From positions 69,453-133,452 of the forward strand of contig JAFVTS010000008.1 in the NCBI GenBank assembly GCA_017503105.1: a stretch of DNA of 64,000 nt. Reading direction: 5' to 3'. The DNA is from Clostridia bacterium. Its GTDB lineage: Bacteria > Bacillota > Clostridia > Oscillospirales > CAG-272. Shown here piece by piece: positions 9,515 to 16,180 of the stretch. A program made the position numbers and the translations under genes. The notes beneath the pieces were generated by a model. It was not told where the DNA came from. It made no database searches and worked only from the letters and a program-made list of their open reading frames with translations. Numbering within the stretch: position 1 is the stretch's first letter; every line of letters starts with the position of its first letter.

Positions 9515-9543
9515 TTGAAAAACGCGGCATATTATGATATAAT
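9515..9543 (+). promoter_or_regulatory. Strong plus-strand promoter, divergent from the RHH promoter
   Basis: TTGAAA, 17 nt, TATAAT with an extended -10 (TGATATAAT). Confidence 0.6.
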
Positions 9544-9549
9544 ATACGC

Positions 9550-9740
9550 ACCACACAAAATTTTATATTTTTTGCGCTGTTAGAAGTGCCGCATTTTTAT
9601 TTATTTTTGGTAAAAATGCAGGCTCTCTTTTTCGCATTTCTAATAGTGCAGAAAATTTTGTGTGGTAACAAAAACAGGGCTTGCGTTTTTCGGTGCGTAC
9701 AGCCTTGCGCTTGTACGCACTTTTTATTTTGCGAAAAGGA
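9550..9740 (+). ncRNA. Structured leader or small RNA (nested 115-nt hairpin plus intrinsic terminator)
   Basis: P1 9551-9564/9652-9665 (14 bp perfect), P2 ~9573-9589/9634-9650 (17 bp including G.U pairs), P3 9591-9599/9611-9619 (9 bp). A terminator follows at 9703-9740. Begins ~7 nt after the -10 box. Confidence 0.4.
9703..9740 (+). terminator. Intrinsic terminator immediately upstream of the RBS of ORF 9749
   Basis: Stem GTGCGTACA/TGTACGCAC followed by TTTTTATTTT. Confidence 0.6.
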
Positions 9741-9748
9741 GAGCGAGT

Positions 9749-10084
9749 ATGAAAAAATATATTATACCAGCAGTTATTTGTATAGCGCTTTGTCTGGCTT
9801 CGGTAGTATCTCTTATTGTTTGCTCTATATCCTCTGATTATGCGGCAGATCATTACAGCGTAACTCGTAGATATACCATAAACGGAACGCTGGAGGGATG
9901 TGGCGAAATGGACTGCAAATATTGTCGAGGCAGGGATGATGGATCGGATGCGCACAGTTTTGTCTATTATCGAACGATAAACGACCTGTTCATGGGATCT
10001 GTGTGTATTGCCGTAGTAACCGCCGCAGGAGCGGCAGGAATCGGGATCGCCTACCTTGTCAAAAAGAAAAAGAGGTCTATCTGA
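9749..10084 (+). CDS. Small Cys-rich membrane/surface protein (lysogenic-conversion or exclusion candidate)
   Basis: 111 aa from the ATG after AAAAGGAGAG. N-terminal signal/TM, Cys-rich middle (CGEMDCKYC), C-terminal TM plus KKKKRS. Confidence 0.55.
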   Translation: MKKYIIPAVICIALCLASVVSLIVCSISSDYAADHYSVTRRYTINGTLEGCGEMDCKYCRGRDDGSDAHSFVYYRTINDLFMGSVCIAVVTAAGAAGIGIAYLVKKKKRSI

Positions 10085-10140
10085 TTTTTCGCTCTCTGAC
10101 CGACCAACCGAGCGCGCACGCGCGGTCAGACTAACAGACA

Positions 10141-10190
10141 AATTGTTTTAATTTGTTTTTGTATTTTGTTTTGTTTTAGTTTTGTTTTTA
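10141..10190. repeat. Phased T-tract (TTGTTTT-type) block, probably intrinsically bent DNA
   Basis: T4-5 tracts start at about 10146, 10156, 10164, 10174 and 10185, spaced roughly 10-11 bp apart. Confidence 0.4.
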
Positions 10191-10272
10191 TTTGCATAAC
10201 TTTGCATTGCATTTGCAAAGCAAACTCTCTGCATTTGCATTGCTTTTGGATTGCATTTGCATACAGTTTGCA
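10191..10272 (+). promoter_or_regulatory. Helically phased TTTGCA operator-like array
   Basis: TTTGCA at 10191, 10201, 10212, 10234, 10256 and 10267 (spacings 10, 11, 22, 22, 11). Exact decamer TGCATTTGCA at 10208, 10230 and 10252 (22-bp period). Confidence 0.45.
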
Positions 10273-10293
10273 AGGACAAAAAGGAGGTATTTT

Positions 10294-10479
10294 ATGGCTG
10301 TAATATCGTCGCTTTTGTCTGCCGCCGTAGCCTTCTATATAGGTTATGTTATGGCGAAAGAGCATTACAATCCGCATATAGATTATGAGAAAGTGATACG
10401 CGACAAGGACGCCACTATTAAGGAATTGCGCGGCAAAATATACGATCTGGAGGCGGAGCGCCAGAAAACAAAGCGGTAA
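10294..10479 (+). CDS. Small single-pass membrane protein with a coiled-coil tail
   Basis: 61 aa from the ATG after AAAGGAGG. TM segment VISSLLSAAVAFYIGYV followed by a charged helix. Confidence 0.5.
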   Translation: MAVISSLLSAAVAFYIGYVMAKEHYNPHIDYEKVIRDKDATIKELRGKIYDLEAERQKTKR

Positions 10480-10506
10480 GGACACAAGATCCCTACCGCT
10501 TATTTT

Positions 10507-11469
10507 TTATTCTTCCGCAGGCGCTTCGGCGTCTGCTTCGGATTCTGTTGCGACGGACACCATGATCGGATGTCCTTCCACATACTGTACCGCCTGCGTC
10601 ATGAGGTCTGTCTGATCGCTCATGTAATTTACGGTATCAAATACGATATTCTCATACCCGAATTTGTACCCGTTAAAGCCGTTTATAACCACCGCCATTA
10701 ACTTCAAGCAGCAGGTGGCTATAAGTACCCATGTCGGCTCTACAACCGCCTCCAGCACGATTATACTCATTGCCAGAGATATAATAAAGGTAGATACAAA
10801 CTTTGTTCCGAAGTTGATACCTTTCTTTGTTTCGGGCGTAGTTCCGAGCGGAGCGCGGCGGCTACTGCCCCTGCCGCGCTTCATAATCATTTCGGGGGTG
10901 AGTTTTACAGGCTCAATGCTGTTCGCCTTTATAATGGCTTTTTTCTGGGCTTTGGAGAGCGTTTTATCTCTCTGGATCGTTTCGGTGTCCTTGCCGACAT
11001 ACTTTTCCATGTATTCCTCATAGGAAAAGCCCACAATGGCAAGCACAGTCGTTCGGGAGTTTCGCAATTCCTCTGTGATATAGTGACAGCAAAATTCTCC
11101 GAGCCGCGCCTGCATCTTGGTATCTATGATGTGTTTTTTCAGCGTTTCAAACGCCTTCAGACCGCCCGTATAGGTTTCGCTCTGCAAACCTGCTCTCATA
11201 CCACTATCAGAGCAGTTTACATACATAGAATAGGACACAAACAACAGCAGAAAGAAGTCAAGACCGAGCGCCGCGATTTCCTCAAACGAGGTCAGCCGTA
11301 TATCCGTCGTAACGACGACGATCACGGCGAACATAAGCAGGACACCCACAAAAATTCCTGCATTATTGAGGAAGCCTTTGGCGAGTTTCTTCTTTTTCGC
11401 GTGTTCCGAAAGCATTGTCTGCTCAAACTCCGTCGCGGAGGATCTGTTTTGTCCGATTTGCTCAATCAT
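10507..11469 (-). CDS. Phage multi-pass membrane protein, unknown function
   Basis: 320 aa with at least 4 hydrophobic helices and an acidic C-terminus. ATGA start/stop overlap with the upstream gene. Confidence 0.65.
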   Translation of the reverse strand: MIEQIGQNRSSATEFEQTMLSEHAKKKKLAKGFLNNAGIFVGVLLMFAVIVVVTTDIRLTSFEEIAALGLDFFLLLFVSYSMYVNCSDSGMRAGLQSETYTGGLKAFETLKKHIIDTKMQARLGEFCCHYITEELRNSRTTVLAIVGFSYEEYMEKYVGKDTETIQRDKTLSKAQKKAIIKANSIEPVKLTPEMIMKRGRGSSRRAPLGTTPETKKGINFGTKFVSTFIISLAMSIIVLEAVVEPTWVLIATCCLKLMAVVINGFNGYKFGYENIVFDTVNYMSDQTDLMTQAVQYVEGHPIMVSVATESEADAEAPAEE

Positions 11470-11843
11470 GGCGTACCTCCTGCGTCGGGCTTATCTCCCA
11501 CGATCTTTCCGATCTTGTAAATGCCAGCGCCGACAATGTTTGCCAGCATACCTACAAAACACACCACGATCATTTCATTGATGATATTCCGCAGGCAGAC
11601 AAACAGGACGAAAAGCACCACCCAGACCACCCAGACCGAGGGAGATTTGAAATAAGCCTTTATCTGCTTTATGAAAGGAAGAGCCGAGAGAAAGGCGAAA
11701 ACCAGAAACAGCCCCGACATGGTTGCTTCTGAACTCTGCTCCACCCAGATCGGAAATTGCGTAAAGGTCGCCGCGAGAGGCGCGGCAACATCCAGACAGA
11801 CGGCACAGCCTTTGATTATGTTACCTTTGGTGGCGTTTCTCAT
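11466..11843 (-). CDS. Phage small membrane protein (holin-like by size and topology only)
   Basis: 125 aa with 3-4 TM helices. RBS GGAGGG. Confidence 0.6.
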   Translation of the reverse strand: MRNATKGNIIKGCAVCLDVAAPLAATFTQFPIWVEQSSEATMSGLFLVFAFLSALPFIKQIKAYFKSPSVWVVWVVLFVLFVCLRNIINEMIVVCFVGMLANIVGAGIYKIGKIVGDKPDAGGTP

Positions 11844-11846
11844 AGG

Positions 11847-12575
11847 TTATCCCTCCGTCGTTCCTGTTTCTTCCTTTTCCGCTTCCATATTCGTTCCGAC
11901 CTTTTCTCTGACGGATTCAACGATAGCGCAGAGCAGTTTGTCGTCGCCGAGCGCCTTCTGGCAGTTGGCGTATTTCAGATTGATTAAATCCTTGACGCCC
12001 TGCGGCAGATTCTTTGAGTTGACATATACCGTAGTCAGAATTTCGAGCAGAGCCGTATTTTGCACCATGACCGCGCCGACCAGCCTGTTTCTGTCGGTTT
12101 CCGTATTCTCGTATTTCTCGTAAGATTCGCGCATCCCGTTGTAACCGATAATCATATCATTTACAGCGCTCACAACGGAAGTCTGCGAGGAAGCAGTACC
12201 AGAGGCGTCGCCCTTGACGATCTGCAAGTCTGATTCTATATGCTTTGTCCTCTTGTCGTTACGAAGTTTTACGAAAATAGCCAGAATAAATATAACAGCG
12301 TCGCCAGCCAAGCCCAGCACTTCTGTCTTGTTGGCTACGCAATATTCCCAGACGCGCGTAAATATCGTATGCGGCGCGGTACTGGTACTGGGTGCAGGCG
12401 TTTCCGCAGGAGCGTCCACGGGCGCGTCCTCGATCTCTGCCGATCCCTCGGTTACGATCTCGTCCGTCGGTGCTTCTGCGTCCGTTGCCTCTGCCGCAAA
12501 GCAGGTCAGAGGGCTTGCGCAAAGCATAATCACAGAGATCATGCAGGCAAGAATAAGTAAGATCCTTTTCTTCAT
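11847..12575 (-). CDS. Phage secreted/membrane-anchored protein, unknown function
   Basis: 242 aa with signal peptide MKKRILLILACMISVIMLCASPLTCFA, an acidic/Ala-Pro linker and an internal TM. Confidence 0.65.
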   Translation of the reverse strand: MKKRILLILACMISVIMLCASPLTCFAAEATDAEAPTDEIVTEGSAEIEDAPVDAPAETPAPSTSTAPHTIFTRVWEYCVANKTEVLGLAGDAVIFILAIFVKLRNDKRTKHIESDLQIVKGDASGTASSQTSVVSAVNDMIIGYNGMRESYEKYENTETDRNRLVGAVMVQNTALLEILTTVYVNSKNLPQGVKDLINLKYANCQKALGDDKLLCAIVESVREKVGTNMEAEKEETGTTEG

Positions 12576-12590
12576 ATCCTTTTACTCCTT

Positions 12591-13049
12591 TTATGTAAAA
12601 TCGTATCCTTCCATGATCTTTTCCAGCATGTCCTTCAGTTCCTCGTAGCGCTCTTCCAATCGCTTGTACGACGCTCTGATCTCCTGATTTTCCAGCCGTA
12701 ATTCGACCACAGTTTGCGGCAAATTCATATCGTTTGGAGCAACCAGAGCGCCGCCGTTTCTCTGTATGCTTACCTTAAATTCCTCGCAGAGCCATCTGCG
12801 CGGAGGCGTTTCGCCGTTCAGGAGAGCCACCGTTACCTTGACCTCGCCAATGATCTTTTTTACGGGCAGACTACAAAGCCCGTCCGAGAGCAGGCGGTAA
12901 TAGGAATTGCCGCCCTTCGTTTCAAAGATCGCCGTCGCGTCGGCAGGTGCATCGGCAAAGTCGATAAACAGTTCATCCTCCACGATTTCGGGCTGTCTGG
13001 TGAGAATAACGCCTACTCCGTTATCGAGAAGTTTGTACTCCATCTTCAT
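12591..13049 (-). CDS. Phage hypothetical protein
   Basis: 152 aa with an RBS and a C-terminal coiled coil. Lies in the late operon downstream of the DGR RT. Confidence 0.6.
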   Translation of the reverse strand: MKMEYKLLDNGVGVILTRQPEIVEDELFIDFADAPADATAIFETKGGNSYYRLLSDGLCSLPVKKIIGEVKVTVALLNGETPPRRWLCEEFKVSIQRNGGALVAPNDMNLPQTVVELRLENQEIRASYKRLEERYEELKDMLEKIMEGYDFT

Positions 13050-13058
13050 AGCCTACCC

Positions 13059-13253
13059 TCACACAAACCACGCTTCATTGAGGGGCTGATTGCCGTTTGC
13101 CTCGATCTCGGACTGGGTTTTGCCGTCCAGATCGTTTACCCAGATTTCGCAGGCGTCGTCGATCTCACGCTGGGAGAGATGTCCGCGCGCCATCTGCGCC
13201 GTTGCCGCCTCCAGCCACTTTTCTTTACTGAATCTCTTTTCAGTCGTTGCCAT
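13059..13253 (-). CDS. Phage hypothetical protein
   Basis: 64 aa with RBS AGGAGGA. Confidence 0.55.
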   Translation of the reverse strand: MATTEKRFSKEKWLEAATAQMARGHLSQREIDDACEIWVNDLDGKTQSEIEANGNQPLNEAWFV

Positions 13254-13274
13254 GATAATATCCTCCTGTATTTG

Positions 13275-14327
13275 TTAGGTAGTCAGAGGTATGCCGTTTG
13301 TGTGAGCATACCAAGACATAAATCGTTTTGCGCGACCTTTGGATATAATCGGTTTTATGTGTTCCAGATAATACTTCTTGAAATTGATCCGTTTCGTCCA
13401 GCCCGTATAAGAGAGGAAACGCGTTACCTGCCGCACACGCATACCGAATTGTTTTATTTTCCGAACAGCGCGCGTCAGCGAGTAAAACAGTTTCTTTCGC
13501 AAGATCGTATATCCTTTATAAAATCGGTATCCGACAAAATCTATCGGGCGCGAGTACGCCTTCCATATCTGCCAGTCGCCTTTGAAATGCAGGTGTTCTT
13601 TGCGCAAAGTGCCTTCCAACAAAAGCCGCGCCTTGTGCAGTTTCCTCTTGTTGGAATCAAGAAAAACCACATCGTCAACATACCGCACATAATGCTTGAT
13701 CTTCACCTTTTGCTTTACTTCGTGATCGAATTGCTGGAGGTAAAAATTTGAGAAGCCTTGCGAGGTATAATATCCAATAGGCAAGCCGCTTCCGCCGCTA
13801 TCCAGAATACCGTCTATGAGGTACAGCACCTTTGCGTCCTTTATGACGCGGCGGAATTTTTGTTTTAGCAGTTCCGTGTCAACCGATTCAAAGAAGTGGT
13901 GTATGTCCGCCTTCAGCACATACTTGATCTTGGGATCTTTCTTTTGAAATTTCTCAATGGCTTTCTTTGCGGCTATGCCGCCTCTACCTTTGACCGATCC
14001 ACAGCAATATCTATCCATACCGCGATTGATGATAGGATCTATCACCTGCATTAAAGCCCAATGCACAATCTGGTCGGGAAAGAATTGTGGTACTTTGATA
14101 TGGCGAATCTTCTTGCGCTCCCGTCGGGTTTTCTCAATAGGCGGCGCAAACTGAAAATTGCCGCTTTCCAGCATTTTCTGGATTCGCTTTACAAATTTTT
14201 CGGGGTGTTCGTGACACTCCAAGACGATACCGCGCCGATTTTTCTTGTTTTTCGTCGCGTTCTTGATCGCCCGTAATAGATTTTCTTCCGATATGACTTT
14301 CTCGAAAAGGAATCCTACTCGTTTCAT
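13275..14327 (-). CDS. Diversity-generating retroelement reverse transcriptase
   Basis: 350 aa with YxDD box RYVDDVVF and the DGR-type motif LPIGYYTSQGFSN. A TR/VR pair lies immediately upstream. Confidence 0.9.
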   Translation of the reverse strand: MKRVGFLFEKVISEENLLRAIKNATKNKKNRRGIVLECHEHPEKFVKRIQKMLESGNFQFAPPIEKTRRERKKIRHIKVPQFFPDQIVHWALMQVIDPIINRGMDRYCCGSVKGRGGIAAKKAIEKFQKKDPKIKYVLKADIHHFFESVDTELLKQKFRRVIKDAKVLYLIDGILDSGGSGLPIGYYTSQGFSNFYLQQFDHEVKQKVKIKHYVRYVDDVVFLDSNKRKLHKARLLLEGTLRKEHLHFKGDWQIWKAYSRPIDFVGYRFYKGYTILRKKLFYSLTRAVRKIKQFGMRVRQVTRFLSYTGWTKRINFKKYYLEHIKPIISKGRAKRFMSWYAHTNGIPLTT

Positions 14328-14460
14328 AGCGTCCTTTCTGTAAAGAGTTTCTTTGTTGCTACCTCATGGTGTTTCAATGCCGAAGCCCTACTAAACCATA
14401 CTCTTTGCGGTTATTTTCTGCCAAGTGGCAAAGGAAATGCGATCCCTAACAAAATCTTGC

Positions 14461-14574
14461 AACAAATTCGCCCACCGATGTTCGAGTTCGCGTTGGAAGC
14501 CCCATTGTTCCCGTTCCAGTTCCAAAGACCAGCGTTCGCGTCGTTATTCCAGTTCCCACCGACGATCAACACGG
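14461..14574 (-). repeat. DGR template repeat (TR)
   Basis: 114 bp, matches the VR at 103/114 positions. All 11 differences are at TR adenines on the coding strand. Rich in AAC codons. Confidence 0.9.
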
Positions 14575-14609
14575 CAATCATCGGATCGCATTCCCTTATA
14601 TAAAATTTC

Positions 14610-15014
14610 TTATTTCTGCATTGTGCCGAGGACGCCGCGCTCTGCACGATCCTCGACGCGCTTGTTCATCCACAAAAGCGCTTCCTCAATGTGAGTAATA
14701 GCAAGGGAGTTTTCCCTTGTTGCATACTCGCCCTGATTAAACGCTTTGAGGCGATCTCTGACGATTTCCAAGAGATCCGTGTCAAGAACGCCGTGGATGG
14801 CGTCAGGAGTGTTCCGAGCGCCGTGCTGGAATCGAATATCAAGCAAGGCGTCGGCAGGGGTACAGTCGGGTGCATCCTCGCAAATATCCATGCAAGGAGT
14901 ACCAGCAGGCACTACAACATAACGATGCTTACCGTTGCCTGCGCCCACTTCGTCGCTCACATACACATCGTTGAGGTTGTTTCTTTTCTGAATGGTGTTG
15001 AGTTTCTTAAACAT
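14610..15014 (-). CDS. DGR-associated accessory ORF in the Avd position, family not recognised
   Basis: 134 aa from the ATG after GGAGGA. Sits between the target gene and the TR. C-terminal motif AITHIEEALLWMNKRVEDRAERGV. Confidence 0.6.
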   Translation of the reverse strand: MFKKLNTIQKRNNLNDVYVSDEVGAGNGKHRYVVVPAGTPCMDICEDAPDCTPADALLDIRFQHGARNTPDAIHGVLDTDLLEIVRDRLKAFNQGEYATRENSLAITHIEEALLWMNKRVEDRAERGVLGTMQK

Positions 15015-15055
15015 TGTTTTATCCTCCAAAATAATTGATTTAGGGTTTTGTTATA

Positions 15056-15075
15056 ACGGGGGAAAAATCCCCCGT
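15056..15075 (-). other. GC hairpin just 3' of the VR (IMH-associated hairpin/cruciform candidate)
   Basis: 8-bp stem ACGGGGGA/TCCCCCGT with a 4-nt loop, inside a GC-rich stretch that is absent downstream of the TR. Confidence 0.6.
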
Positions 15076-15083
15076 GCGCCCCC

Positions 15084-16163
15084 TTAAAGAGGCTTATAAC
15101 AAAGACGCCCACCGATGTTCGAGGCCGCGTTGGAAGCCCCAATGTTCCCGCTCCAGTACCAAAGACCAGCGTTCGCGTCGCTATTCCAGCGCCCACCGAC
15201 GAACAACACGGTTCCCGTGTCGGCTACATAGTAGTAATCGCTGTAATAGGTGGTACTGCCGCCACCTGCAACCGTGGTATAGCCGAGCAGAGGCATCTTC
15301 TCAAAAGGCGTAATGACAGAAGCATATCCACCAGACATACATCTGTCGCCCATATAGAAGTACGGTGCATCCACCTTGGCGGATTCATACGCAGTCGGAT
15401 CGGTGCAGATAAAGACTTTTTCCGTAGAGAAGGAAATGCCGTCGCACCATGTCCAAGTGTTGCCCCACGGGTTTTCGATGCCGCGATACTTGCAGGCGTG
15501 GTAGCCGTCGGTATTGCAGGTTTCGCAACCGTCCGCGTGATCGCTGTTTGCAGAGCCAGAGGGCGTTTTCACAGCGTCGGTATGACCTGTAATGAGGGCG
15601 GCGGTGTTATCGCCTGCCGTCCAGCCCTTCATGATGCTCTGGGAGTTCGTGGTGGCAAACTCGATCATAAACAACTGTTTGAGGATCGCGTCAATAAGAA
15701 AATCGTACTGCTGGTATCCCTCTCCGTTGGCTTTACAGCCGTTACGGAAATTGCCGATATTGATGTTTACGAGTACGGTCTGTCCGCCCTTGGAATATAC
15801 ACGAGAGGACGATCCAGAGCCTTCGTATTTACCGACAAGCACATAGTCGATCTCGTTGCCCTTGCCGTCGATAAACAGCGTGGAAAAGCCGTCGTAACGA
15901 CAGCCCGAAATCTGGTACTTGTATGTGCCGTTTCCGTTTTTGGTGACCTTGGTGTAGAATTTCGGAATCCTGATAAAGACATTCCCAAATTCGTCCGTGA
16001 CTTCGTGCATCTCGCTCCACGGGTAGCAGTTGTTGAAATCGCTTGAAATCTCACTTGCCCCGATGGAGTAAGAAAGCCCCACGGCGGCGTCTGTTCTGGT
16101 GAGCGTCGGATTTGACTGCCCGACGCCATCCACGCCGTAAATTTTTGTTTTTTCAAGTAACAT
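15084..16163 (-). CDS. DGR target protein, putative receptor-binding tail protein with a C-type-lectin-like variable C-terminus
   Basis: 359 aa. C-terminus GGRWNSDANAGLWYWSGNIGASNAASNIGGR is typical of Mtd/FGE-like DGR targets. Follows the tail-fibre gene. Confidence 0.8.
   Translation of the reverse strand: MLLEKTKIYGVDGVGQSNPTLTRTDAAVGLSYSIGASEISSDFNNCYPWSEMHEVTDEFGNVFIRIPKFYTKVTKNGNGTYKYQISGCRYDGFSTLFIDGKGNEIDYVLVGKYEGSGSSSRVYSKGGQTVLVNINIGNFRNGCKANGEGYQQYDFLIDAILKQLFMIEFATTNSQSIMKGWTAGDNTAALITGHTDAVKTPSGSANSDHADGCETCNTDGYHACKYRGIENPWGNTWTWCDGISFSTEKVFICTDPTAYESAKVDAPYFYMGDRCMSGGYASVITPFEKMPLLGYTTVAGGGSTTYYSDYYYVADTGTVLFVGGRWNSDANAGLWYWSGNIGASNAASNIGGRLCYKPL
15098..15211 (-). repeat. DGR variable repeat (VR) at the 3' end of the target gene
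   Basis: Same comparison as for the TR. Substitutions are N to A, I, S, Y, S and R, I to F, I to L, and one silent change. Confidence 0.9.
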
Positions 16164-16180
16164 AAGAATATGTCCTCCTG

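Noticed and set aside
10094-10131. GC-rich hairpin TCTGACCG...CGGTCAGA after ORF 9749-10084 as an intrinsic terminator
   Set aside because: It has a 20-nt loop and no downstream U-run. It may still be structural, but it does not meet terminator criteria.
9563-10141. 192-aa minus-strand ORF
   Set aside because: It is antisense to the better-supported ORF 9749-10084. It runs through the structured RNA, the terminator and the promoter region, and has no RBS.
12714-13751. 345-aa plus-strand ORF
   Set aside because: It is antisense to the reverse transcriptase and neighbouring late genes, which have clear motifs and RBSs.
14411-14647. 78-aa minus-strand ORF whose translation resembles the C-terminus of the DGR target protein
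   Set aside because: It is the template repeat read as protein. It has no RBS and an Asn-rich (AAC) pseudo-sequence, and it lies in the non-coding TR-to-RT interval. It is treated as TR RNA, not a CDS.
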